Shown in pieces: positions 1 through 10,506 of a stretch of 64,000 nt of DNA. Source of the DNA: Catajapyx aquilonaris (lineage: Eukaryota); NCBI GenBank assembly GCA_000934665.2, contig KZ538057.1, forward strand, positions 62,001-126,000, written 5' to 3'. Position numbers and translations under genes: made by a program. Each line of letters begins with the position of its first letter. Position 1 is the first letter of the stretch. Under the pieces are notes generated by a model that made no database searches, was not told the DNA's origin, and saw nothing but the letters and a program-made list of their open reading frames with translations.

Positions 1-180
1 ATGAAATCCCTTATGGGGCAAGGGTTTTACTGTAATAATGTTTGTCATCCCTGAAATAGTTAGTGAGGTAGCCCTCTGAACCACAGCCCCTCAATTTTGT
101 TTTACTGTGCAGTACTCCAACACTTTACCCAGCTCACCTAATGCAAAAATGTCCACTTATTAGTAATATCTCACTTGACA

Positions 181-512
181 GGGAGACGGGCGCCCACGGA
201 AGTTAAGGTCCCGGGTTCAATCCCCACCCGGGGTTCCCACCTTCTTTTGTGCAGAGTTGGGCCATCTCTGGCTTCGTTTCGGGTGGCAATTTCCGATAGA
301 CTAAGCCACCCGGGGGAGTTCACAAAATGACGATTAGAGACATTGCACTTGCACTTTGCACATCCCCTCCCACCCACCCTTGGAGTACACTAATTAAGAT
401 CTTCTTAAAACTCGCTCCAAAAAATCAAATTCCAATGGTGGTAACCCACCCCCCCTAAGGAGTAGCATAACTCCCCCCGTGGGGTAATGAAAAAAAAAAA
501 ATGAAAAAAAAA
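181..512 (+). mobile_element. tRNA-derived SINE insertion with poly(A) tail and 13-bp target-site duplication
   Basis: B-box-like GGTTCAATCCC near 214-224, A-rich tail at 489-512, and flanking direct repeat ATCTCACTTGACA at 168-180 and 513-525. A close homologue lies at 3655-3975 (-). Confidence 0.85.
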
Positions 513-597
513 ATCTCACTTGACATTCTCATTTGAGTGCATCTCGAAAGTTAACTCCGTGCAATGCAATCGTACATCCAGTGTTCATTATGCATGG

Positions 598-726
598 CAT
601 TGTGTGTCCGCATTTTTACCTCATAATGCAAGGTAGGCGTTCGAGGCTTTTACTGTACACATTTCTATTGCATGTTTGAAACCAACAAAACCAAATAAAA
701 ATATTAATGGTTATGCAGACATGCCT
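598..726 (-). ncRNA. Box H/ACA snoRNA candidate in TCTP intron 3
   Basis: Hairpin 1 is GCATGT...AACCA...TGGTT...ACATGC, followed by H box ATAGAA. The 16-mer AACATGCAATAGAAAT is identical to the intron 1 candidate. Hairpin 2 is GTGT...TACCTT...GAGGTA...ACAC, followed by ACA plus 3 nt. Confidence 0.62.
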
Positions 727-793
727 CTGATAGTGACACTTTTCACCTACGCAGCTTTCCAACTGCAACTAATCCTAGACATCCCATACTAAC

Positions 794-1958
794 CGGTGAA
801 GAACTGCAGGTCCTTAAACCTGCCCAGAAGATCCTTCATGACCTTGTTCATGTTCGACTTGAACTTCTCCACCTCTTCAGGCTTGTCTTCCTGCAGCTTG
901 TTAACCAGCTTCTTCATGTACTCCTTCAGGTAGGCCGTGTAACCTTTCTTGTCACCAAAGGCAAAGGTCTCCTGGAGTCTGTGGTTGAGGACGATGTCAA
1001 CCCCACTCTCAACAGCCTCATTATTGCCCTCATCAGCTTCTTCTGCAGATGGGTTAGCCCCATCAATCACCACTTCGCCTTGCCTGCGGGTCTCCAGCTG
1101 AAATGTCAGGATCGGATAAGCCAAGCAGTCCACAAAAATGTGTTAGAATGCCTTTTCATCCCGACGCCAAACGGTAAATGGCCTCAGGTTTGAATGCAGA
1201 CAGGTTTATTCTGGCATGTATAGCGTCTGACAAAACAAGTAATAGCTTCTGCCAGTTGTTATGACATGCGAACATGTTCTACAAATTTAAGCAAACTCAC
1301 CTTCCCCTGGACTTCGTACAGGACGTCATCCACAAGCTTCATCTTGTAGGTGTCCGAGAACATCTCGTCACCTGCAAACGCAACCAACATGTTCAATTCC
1401 AATTCCACCTAATTATCCACTAATTTCATGCAATTACGCAGCTGGTAAGACTGTGCGTTTGCCTTTTCCTCCCAAAGCTCCATGAGTGGATGCTCAGGCC
1501 TGAGCACAAACATATTTCTATTGCATGTTGGCATATAGTGGGTCACAGATAATCACCACTAGAGTTTGAACATGCTGTACATGGCCTGGTTAAGCCCCCC
1601 CCCCCNCGGAAGCACATTCATTCCACATAGTGCAATGGATGACTCATACTCGCATGACTCACTAAGGATTTCCCTTCTCAGCTGTACATTACTGAATTTT
1701 TTTTCTAAATTAAAAAAACCCCAATACGTTGCTCCCAACTATTCAGACACGTTCCCTTCATTTGAACCCGTTCAGACTTGATCTGAACCGTGCACAACCC
1801 ATCACTTTTCTTCAATCATGGCCACAAACTCATCCCCAAATTTCAACTCAATATTTCGTCCCCTCCGACCCGTTTTCACCCCGTACAATGTGGTATCGCC
1901 TGAAAGCCCGTATCGAGTAGTCGCACTCACCGGTGAATATGTCCTTGTAGATCCTCAT
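794..1958 (-). CDS. TPT1: Translationally controlled tumour protein (TCTP), partial; final exon not found in the window
   Basis: Exons 1958-1931, 1371-1301 and 1097-794 have GT-AG borders and join in frame: MRIYKDIFTGDEMFSDTYKMKLVDDVLYEVQGKLETRRQGEVVIDGANPSAEEADEG...VESGVDIVLNHRLQETFAFGDKK...LQFFTG. These are hallmark TCTP motifs. Confidence 0.97.
1138..1270 (-). ncRNA. Box H/ACA snoRNA candidate in TCTP intron 2
   Basis: Hairpin 1 is GCATGT-[CATAACAA]-CTGGCAGAA...TTTTGTCAG-[ACGCTAT]-ACATGC, with H box AGAATA 14 nt from the pocket. Hairpin 2 has upper stem CCTGAgGCCA...TGGCgTCGGG, with ACA 16 nt downstream. Confidence 0.7.
1449..1577 (-). ncRNA. Box H/ACA snoRNA candidate in TCTP intron 1
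   Basis: Hairpin 1 is GCATGTT-[CAAACTC]-TAGTGG...CCACTA-[TATGCC]-AACATGC, with H box ATAGAA 14 nt from the pocket top. Hairpin 2 is TGTTTGT...GCAAACG, followed by ACA plus 3 nt. Length is about 129 nt. Confidence 0.72.
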
Positions 1959-2027
1959 GTTTGTCCGATGTTGTTGGATTGATCTGAGGTGGTCGTCGGG
2001 GAAGGTACGGACCTGCAGCCGATCGCC

Positions 2028-2050
2028 GGCGGAAAAGAGAGAGCGAGAAG
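2028..2050 (-). promoter_or_regulatory. TCT core promoter / 5' TOP start of TCTP
   Basis: The minus strand reads TCTTCGCTCTCTCTTTTCCGCC about 80 nt upstream of the ATG and matches YC+1TTTYY (C+1 near 2037). TCTP is a known TOP mRNA. Confidence 0.65.
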
Positions 2051-3438
2051 AGGGAGCTGCTGGGCTGGAGGGGGGGGGAGGGGGCCAGGAGCAGCCAATC
2101 ACACGGCTGCGAAACGTGGCAGCGCCAGCCAAGGGACAAACACGGAACTACACACGTTCAACCGAAATTTTAATCCAAAAACTTTAATGTCGTTACTATA
2201 AAAATATTGCGGATTAAATTATTAAATTAGGGCAGGTTGCCGCACTAGATTGTTCCACCAATAGTATTGCAGAACGAGCCGGATGTGACCAATCGGATGC
2301 GAGTGGTGAACTGGGGCGTGTAAACGGCGTTAAAATATCATCAGGGCGCAGCACCATATTAGCTACATTGTGTTCATAATAATAGCTAGCATGACCTACT
2401 TGTAATTTAAAGACAATTATGTGCACAATAAAATTCGGGCAATGTCATATCAGGGTGCTCGTTGCTGTTCTAATACGCCAGCACGGATCTAGCGTGCGAT
2501 ATGCAGCCATGTGTTTTCCCAGCCAAAATAAATGAAATCAATAACTGTTACAATTATGCAGCTATATCGGAGGTCAATGGCACTAGCAATCGGCGTTTTA
2601 AAAATATCCCTCCTAAAACCAGGCGTGATCATATTTAAAACCGTGCACAACTGTATGGTGCAGTAATTAAAACTAATCCGTCGATTGCACCTGGCACTGT
2701 CAATCCGCGGTTGCAGAGGCCATTTTCGTGGCGTAGTGTTTGTGTTGCGGAGAAGTCCTTGAGGCGGTATATTTTTTGTGGGTCCCTCCTGCTCCTCCCC
2801 GGCATAATCAATTTTTTGTTGTTGTTATCTGTGTTTGGGGCTGTTTTGCGGGAAGTGTGAAGGAAGAGGAAGAAAAAGGACAGGCCGGATCGTCGGTAGG
2901 TTGGACAGCAAGTATTGGGGCGTGGGCTGTGCATATGTGGTGTGGGGTGTGGCCTGTCGTCGGTCATGTGTGACGGCCGGTGGGCTGCAGACACACAGAG
3001 GATTTGTGGATGTATGTTGGGGCGTTATGTAAAAATGAGTGGTCTAGAAATATGCAGGTAGTTCTTATCAGTTGGGCACGTTTGCACATATCACACCTGT
3101 GACATCATGACCTTGGAGTACACGCGCATTGATAGAAAAAAAAAGTGTTGTGCAATCTGAAATATCGGGAAATATATGTTCAATGGTTGGCTGTACCGTT
3201 GCGCAGGTTAGTGAAAAACTTACAGAATATTTAGGCTCACATATGTTACGCCCAAATGTAGCTTCTCCAAATGGCAGTGTAATATGACATGAATTTTATG
3301 CAGAAGGATTGAATACTATATTGAATCTTCAGAAGGATCAGAGTCACAGGAATAGATACCTGAGCGACAAACTCATACAAAAGTAAAGCTGATGCGCTAT
3401 TTTCTGGCAAAATTTTTAAAGTATTGCAGCACTTTGTA

Positions 3439-3653
3439 CAGTGCCGTGCACAATAGCATATAACAAGCGTAAACAACGACTTTGGCGTTACCTGGCAACT
3501 GGGTGTGTTCGGACATGGGCATGTGGAGAGTGCTTAGCGTTCTTTCTGTCGTTGCCACTGTTTACAGGTAGCGATTGATGCTGGGCGACCTATAGCGAAG
3601 GGTGTGTGCATGCTTACCAATGCATGGAATCGGAATAAGCGGGCTGAGGGGGA

Positions 3654-3717
<64 letters not shown>

Positions 3718-4352
3718 CCATTGGGATTTACCATATCCTTTAGGGGGGGGGATTACCACCATCGGAAATTGGAGCCATATAAGATCTTATTTAATTACTC
3801 CAGGGTAGGTAGGAGGGGATGTGCAAAGTGCAAGTGCTATGTCTCTAATGGTCATTTTGTGAACTCCCCCGGGTGGCTTAGTCTATCGGAAATTGCCACC
3901 TGAAATGGAGCCAGAGATGGCCCAACTCTGCACGGATAAAGGTGGGAACCCCGGGTGGGGATCGAACCCGGGACCCAGTCACGATCAACATCAACATAGG
4001 ACCTTAGTAACCACCACACATAGCAACCAACTACTAGAACATCCCTCTCATCTTTCCGGCCATTCCGTAACTCCATCATCGTGGGAATAAGACAGTGACG
4101 ATAGTGTGATAATAACGAAGCGCCTTCTCAAAATAATATCCCCTCAGCCCGCTCATTCCGATGCCATGCATTGGTAAGCATGCACACACCCTTCTCTATA
4201 GGTCGCCCAGCATCAATCGCTACCTGTAAACAGTGGCAACGACAGAAAGAACGCTAAGCACTCTCCACATGCCGATGTCCGAACACGCCCAGTTGCCAGG
4301 TAACGCCAAAGTCGTTGTTTACACTTGTTATATGCTATTGTGCACGGCACTG
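3439..4352. mobile_element. Non-autonomous Tc1/mariner-type DNA element with ~220-bp terminal inverted repeats and a nested SINE
   Basis: 3439-~3660 is the near-perfect reverse complement of ~4132-4352. The ends are TA|CAGTGCCGTGCAC...GTGCACGGCACTG|TA (TA TSD). Confidence 0.85.
3655..3975 (-). mobile_element. Second SINE copy with (TAA)n tail
   Basis: The reverse complement matches 181-512 over about 260 nt (GGTTCGATCCCCACCCGGGGTTCCCACC...GACTAAGCCACCCGGGGGAGTTCACAAAATGAC). The (ATT)n run at 3655-3716 is its tail. Confidence 0.85.
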
Positions 4353-6254
4353 TACCACTCCTACCACCTTATCACAAAATAATTTAAAAATTGTTACACT
4401 TTGCCATTTACTGTAGTAAGAGCCGGAGTATGTAACAAGTACGGTAAATTGCATCTAATTAAAATATTAATGATGAGCATTATTCAGTCAATGCCAATTT
4501 TGACAGAGATTGAGTTAGTGCAATATGGAAATAATTGGCATCATTAGCAGAGGTTATAGTCCCACTCCGTGTGGCCTGTTTATAACAGGACTGACATGGC
4601 GGGCACTTTTGGATGTTGTGTCCATTTTGCATGCAGCATGGTTTATAATGTGTCACTGTTGGAATTGGGATAAAGTTATGATTTGTAGTACATGTCCTGT
4701 AGTTACATTGAAGGTGCTTTCATTGTGGAGGATAAAAATTGTGGCTGTGTCTGTTCAACTTTGGGTGCTTGTGTCAGTGTATGAAGCGTCAGAAACCTGT
4801 ACAATGGATAACTAGATTTGAATCTCACATGTGATATAACGATCACTAACATCAGCTAGAATCATAGAACGGCTGAACTAGTAAGATGTCATCTTGCCTG
4901 TATTACTAAGAACTGTACAATTTAGTCATTGTGCCAAACCTTTTGACATCATTGGTTCAGTACTCTGAAAATACAACTGGCGTTATCATCCCAAGAGATG
5001 TGGTTGGGTGGACGTTCCTGCAGAGAAATAATTTTGCTGATGTTATCAGTTACTATAATTGAGAAAGTATATTTAAATTTAAGCTTAACTTGAAGGGTGG
5101 GTATGGGTATGTATGAGAGACCTTGAAGTTGAAAAATATTATTGCTCCTTTTTATACATGAGGTTTGACATAATTTTTCCTACACTTCTACCAGAATTGA
5201 TGTGCAGAAAGCTCTCACTCCCATTGCTGTAGTTACAATTTTGCTGAAAGATAATAATTGAGCATTGCAGGATTTTGTGGCCCACCCAAGAAATTGGTAT
5301 ATAAATCATGAGTGTAATTTGGGAGGGATGGGAGGGAAATATGTATGCACATTGAATGTATTAAAACTTGCTTATCTGAGATTCCATGTCCACTTTAGTT
5401 GTGAAAGAACCACACAATCCAAGTAATTTTAAATTTAAAGTTAAATAATAATTGTGAATATAGTTTTTGCTTGTAGGATAGTAATGGATATGCGAATGAC
5501 ACTTTTTTTGGTAAGCCATAACACTGTGACAAAAGCAGGACTTGGAATCATATTCATTTTTCTGCCTTTGTTTTGAGTGATTAATTCTCAAGCAGTGTAT
5601 CACATATTTTAAAATACCTGCCATTAAAATCTTAAGAGATTTTGTTATTTTTGTTGTACAATTTTTTGGTTTTTATTTGTCAAAAAACTTGAATCACATT
5701 ACATTCCTTATGCTGTTGAAGGCCTTTTTGTCTGACCTTAGATGACATTGTCGCAACTGCTGGTCACATGATACAAATAAGCCATTGAAAGACAGCAATG
5801 CATGTCAGTAACAACCGAGATTGGCTGATTTGGATTGTGTCACGAGCAGGAGTGCCATTGTTGCTCTCTGATGGGAAGGCCTCCAGCTGCAGTCCGTGTG
5901 AGTATTGAGTCTTTCATTTCTAGTGCTGGTTTTGGTGTTAGGTGTTTGTGACATTACGATTTCCAATAGGTCATGTGCTCTGCAAACGACATTACTTGAT
6001 TGTCTGGTTATTGAGTGGACACGTTTATTAAATATTAATAAAGGGATCAATAGTATGTGTTTGTAGTTGTCCTGTGGAACTGTGTTGGATGTACTTGGTT
6101 TATAACTTGCCTCGTAAAACGTAAAACATTTGCGGCCGTTTGGTGCTACTACTTATGGGAAATGCTGCCTTGATTTTTTTTTTTTTTTTACATTTCACCT
6201 TCTTCTGCAGGAGTGTGACTTATACCGAATGCTGATGTGCATGGTGCATGCCTC

Positions 6255-6891
6255 ATGCCTTATGTAATAGTAACTGGGAATCTTGTGCCATATCCTGGGA
6301 ATAAGCCATGGCTTGTGTCAGTTGCAGGTCTCAAAGGTAAGAAGTGACACTTTACACCCATTAACTCAGTACTTTTATTAGCACTGACTTAAATTTGGTT
6401 GAAGGCCATTTTAATCACCTTTGTTAACATGGAAACTGAGTTTAATTCAGAAGTTTTGTTGAAAGGAACTCCTTAATTTACAATGTAATATTTGCCACCA
6501 ATTGTCGGTTCATCACATTCATCAAGCTTTCATTTAAATTTTGGGTTTGTTCCTTTCATTCTCAACAAAATTAATAAAACTCGTGTACGGAGAGGTGTTG
6601 GCAGTGTCTATTTTTCAAGAGTATAATTCTAGATATCTCTGAATCCCTGCCCTTTTTCCCATAGCCAAAGAGGTTGATCAGCTTCAACGCTTCAAGGGGG
6701 TGTTAAACACCCACACCCTGTCAGTGGAATTTCCTCACCACCCGTGTGTTGTGCTGAGTGCCCTAGAAGTCGTGGGTTTCAGGGTGGAGGCAGCTTGCCC
6801 AGGGGGAGCAAATTTTGCCAAAGAAGTCTCCCAGTGTGTTTGGACATTAAGAAAGGAGTTCAGTGAACCTGAACCGCTTGACGACAATTAG
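6255..6891 (+). CDS. GFRP-fold-like small protein A (102 aa)
   Basis: Exons 6255-6336 and 6665-6891, phase-1 GT-AG intron: MPYVIVTGNLVPYPGNKPWLVSVAGLKAKEVDQLQRFKGVLNTHTLSVEFPHHPCVVLSALEVVGFRVEAACPGGANFAKEVSQCVWTLRKEFSEPEPLDDN. The pattern MPY-hydrophobic...PxxVLxxLExxGFRV...VWxL recalls GTP cyclohydrolase I feedback regulatory protein. Acceptor at 6210. Confidence 0.8.
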
Positions 6892-7593
6892 GAAGAATTT
6901 TATCAGGTAGGTATTCTGAGCCAGGGTATTTTTAAAACATGGGATGTAAAAAGAAGGCAAAAAATATGTGGCATGTGCTGGTTTTTATGTTGACCTCAAA
7001 CTTTAACGTGCTGTCACATATGACTACTCCAGGGTTTTAAAAAGTAAATTACCACCACATCATTAATATGTCACTTGAACTTTTCAAGACCAGCACAGTT
7101 TACTTTAATGCATGCATTTTGTGATGTATTTTATTCAGTGTTTGGTTGCATTTTGAGTTGTGTGCTTTACAATCATTCAAACTCTTGATGAGCAATTTTT
7201 TTCCTCCTGTTTTAAATTTGTCTCAATTGTGCCAGCTGTACTTTTTACATTTACACATTGATGTTTCTTCCAACTATTGGTACCGTACCTACAATAATTT
7301 GCAGCTAGTGAACAAAAATAACAGATTTTTGCTTGACATTTGAGGAGATTCCAAGAAATCAAATCATTACACCATGCAACTAATGAAACTGAAGGCTTCT
7401 TGAGAACCATTTTATGTTTGTGCTCACAGCACACTTGTCTTTTTCCTTTTTTGTCGCTAGCGTCTGCCTGCCTGTTTGGTTGCCGCAGCCCCTCCCATCC
7501 TTTGTCTCTTATCTCACCCTCACGACATCCACACTTTCCACCACAACCTGCCACCACCCCTGATTGTGCACGTATGAGCTGCTGCGAGCAACA

Positions 7594-7943
7594 ATGCCCA
7601 CGTATGCTGTTGTGAAGGGCTCCCTGTACTCAAACGAGTGTTCGATATTTGGATTGACTACGGGTGAGGTGCAGGTGCTGGGGCAACGCTTTCCAGGGAG
7701 TGCAGAAACAGAGGTCCTCAACGGAATGTGCGTCAAAGGTATAGGCGTGAGAATGCAGTGGGAGTGAGCATGTGTGTTGTGCATGGGTGTGAGCATGAGC
7801 ATGGAGGTGGGATATAAACCTTGCTGTGCATTATTGCAGCCTCACCGGTGTCGGTACTCAACGCCCTGGCAGGAATGGGTTACAAGGTGGTGGCTGCCAC
7901 TGGCGAAGGAGAAGTCGTTTGGACCCTCCAGAGGGACAAGTAA
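7594..7943 (+). CDS. GFRP-fold-like small protein B (82 aa)
   Basis: Exons 7594-7738 and 7840-7943: MPTYAVVKGSLYSNECSIFGLTTGEVQVLGQRFPGSAETEVLNGMCVKASPVSVLNALAGMGYKVVAATGEGEVVWTLQRDK. The C-terminal half closely resembles the GFRP pattern PRIVLDKLE..GFRVLSMTGVGQTLVWCLHKE. Confidence 0.82.
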
Positions 7944-8579
7944 ATAAATCAGGTAGGACTGCTATCCATCCACGTAGGATGTAGAGCACGTTGCATATTG
8001 TGGTATAATGCCGTGTGCAGGCGATTTGGATTTTGATGCAGTGTGGGCTACTCCAGGTTGCTGTGTTGTTAATGTGAAGGATGTCTCAAAGGCAGGGAAG
8101 ACACGCCCCAGAAATAGCTTGTTTTAAGCACTGATTAGCTCAAGGAAAGAATTTTGGACATGCTCCAAGTGAAGTGAGGTCTACCCTTTGGTTGCCATTT
8201 TAGTTTCATATTAGCCCCTGAGACACCTGACAGGTAGACAGCACTTGTTAAATGGGCTGTATAAATTGTACATACTGTATTAGAAAGCACTTAGAGTGTG
8301 GTAGGTGTGCAAATATTAGGATTCTATTTTTGAATGTTAGGTGAGGCCTAGATCCATTTGGCTGTCTGTTGCCTTGCCAAAAATTTGCTCTTGAAACCTG
8401 CCTTACGTTTCCCCAACATATACTATGTAGCTTCTAAAGCCAGGTTGTGTCCATGGCCATTGCATCTGATGCGCTTCTCCAACAGTTGTGTCCACTCCTC
8501 CCCACCTGCTCGTCCGTCCAGGTGTTGTGTAACCAGTGTCCATTGAAGTTTTGGGCCTTTACGTGTGAAAAAATACGCA

Positions 8580-8873
8580 ATGCCTTACGTGGTGGTGCGT
8601 GAGTCCCACTACCTGACAGTGGAGGGACTTCCCTCACCACTGGAGGGTCAGCTGGTGGAGAAGCTTGGGTGGAGGCCCCGGGAGCAGACTAGCCACTCAG
8701 TAGTGTTCCAGAGGTACCCATTGGTCCTGCTGCTGAACCAACTGGAGAGCATGGGATACCTGGTCATTGCCTCCGCCTGTGCTGCAGACAGTTACGGGAA
8801 CATTACAGAGGTGATCTGGACCCTCCATCGTAAGGAGGAGCCCACACCACCTTCGCAGCAGGGATTTCAGTAA
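8580..8873 (+). CDS. GFRP-fold-like small protein C (97 aa unspliced; C-terminus may be completed by splicing to 9735)
   Basis: MPYVVVRESHYLTVEGLPSPLEGQLVEKLG...YPLVLLLNQLESMGYLVIASA...VIWTLHRK. Pyrimidine-rich acceptor at 8521, and the exonic leader contains no ATG. Confidence 0.8.
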   Translation: MPYVVVRESHYLTVEGLPSPLEGQLVEKLGWRPREQTSHSVVFQRYPLVLLLNQLESMGYLVIASACAADSYGNITEVIWTLHRKEEPTPPSQQGFQ

Positions 8874-9806
8874 GGGAGTTGTGTGTGGGAACACACTCTG
8901 GCTGTCTACGCTGCAAATCAAAAATAATAATAATATTGTGTACAGAGATAAATTGCCTGGCTGTGTACTCTGCTGCCTGATGACCCTCCCCCTCTTACTC
9001 TCTCAACATGCAGAGTTTTTAAAAAATGTCCGGAATGATGGTGTGTTCAAGGGGGTGTGGTCTTTGTGCGCTCGCTCGTTCGTCCCTCCCCTGGCCAACC
9101 GGTTAGACCTGAGTTCATATCGTGTGTAGTTGTGTGTGTTGTGTGCAACGCTGCTTCTTTGTCATTTGTTCCATGCTCGGGAACTAACTTCTACTCTTAT
9201 CCCGTACATTCCTTGATGTTGTCCTTTCTCATTGTGTCTTATCCACTCTGTTCATTGTGGTGTCTCTCACATGCTGCACATACTTGTTATCTAATTGAAG
9301 ATGTTTTGGGCATATACTGTGACAATTATTTAAAAATAATCTCATTGCATTGTGCAAACTTTAATACAATCAAATTGTTTTTGCCGTTTCAGAGAAAGGG
9401 ATAAGCTTCAATAATGAGAAGGTGGTTTCTCTAGAAACCATTACTTATGCCCTAGCTCTTCAATTATTACTTTCCTACCTGTTAAATTCAGTTGAAGGGG
9501 GTTGTGTTATATACTGTACTCACTAACTTCTGAGCAGTGCCACTATTTTCCTTCCATTCTTTCCAAACCTCTACATAGAGTATGTAAAAGGAGGGCTTTT
9601 TTATTAATTTAATTGCAATGAGGCTTCCTGCTTCATGCACAGAATTGCAAGTGCACTGTACTGTACTCTTTCATTGTCCAAAGTATCATTTCTCTTTCAT
9701 GACGTCCTTAAATATACCTTCATTTCATTTCCAGGTATTCTTCTTGACTGTGCCGCAAGTGCTCAGTACAAAGCGAGCTCGCTCCAGTGTTAAAGTGAAT
9801 TGGTTG

Positions 9807-10506
9807 ATGGGAGGACATGAGAACTGTGGCTGCCATGGGAAAGGGTTTAGTGTTCCTTCTGTCCACCAGACACTGGATGAGCTGGATTTTGAGCGAGGAA
9901 TTTGGTCTGCTGGTGAGGCAATTTTAAAGTTGTGATTGGCCACTGCATTGGACTACTGCTTTTGAGGCTTACAGTTCTCATTTTTGCCATGCAGGAGTTT
10001 GACAAAGTGCAATGTAAAAGTAACTGATCATGTATTTTAGATCCATTTCAATATGTGATTATTATTATTAAACCTAACAATATTTTGAAATCCACCTGAT
10101 CCCTGCAGCCCTTGAAGGAGACGTGACTCGAATCACTTCCATGCTGTCAAAGGGAGTGGATCCAAATTCCCTTGATGCATCAGGCTACACAGCACTCCAC
10201 TACGCCTCTAGGCATGGTCGACTGGATGTATGCACTGCCCTACTGTCTGCTGGAGCCTGCCCTAATGCAACCACTCCTCATGGCAAAGCCACTCCCCTAC
10301 ATAGAGCCGCTCATGCAGGGCACTTGGAAGTAGTTCGAGTTCTCATGGACCTAGGTGCAGACCCTGGTGTGCAGGATGCAGATGGAGAAACTCCATTGCA
10401 TAAAGCTGCTTACCAAGGGCATGTGGAGGTGGCCAAAATGGTACTGGAGAGAAGACCTGGATTGGACAAGGTGGAGGATGTCAAAGGGCGGCGACCTGTG
10501 TTCTAA
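9807..10506 (+). CDS. ANKRD39: Ankyrin repeat domain-containing protein 39 (167 aa)
   Basis: Exons 9807-9912 and 10109-10506. The family-diagnostic SVHQTLDELDFERGIWSAALEGD is followed by ankyrin repeats GYTALHYASRHG, ATPLHRAAHAGH and ETPLHKAAYQGH. Confidence 0.93.

Noticed and set aside
205..235. tRNA-like T-arm (GGTTCAATCCC)
   Set aside because: There is no full cloverleaf; it is part of a SINE with a tail and TSD.
3534..3903. ORFs with poly-Ile, poly-Asn and poly-Leu runs
   Set aside because: These are translations of the (ATT)n SINE tail in several frames, not genes.
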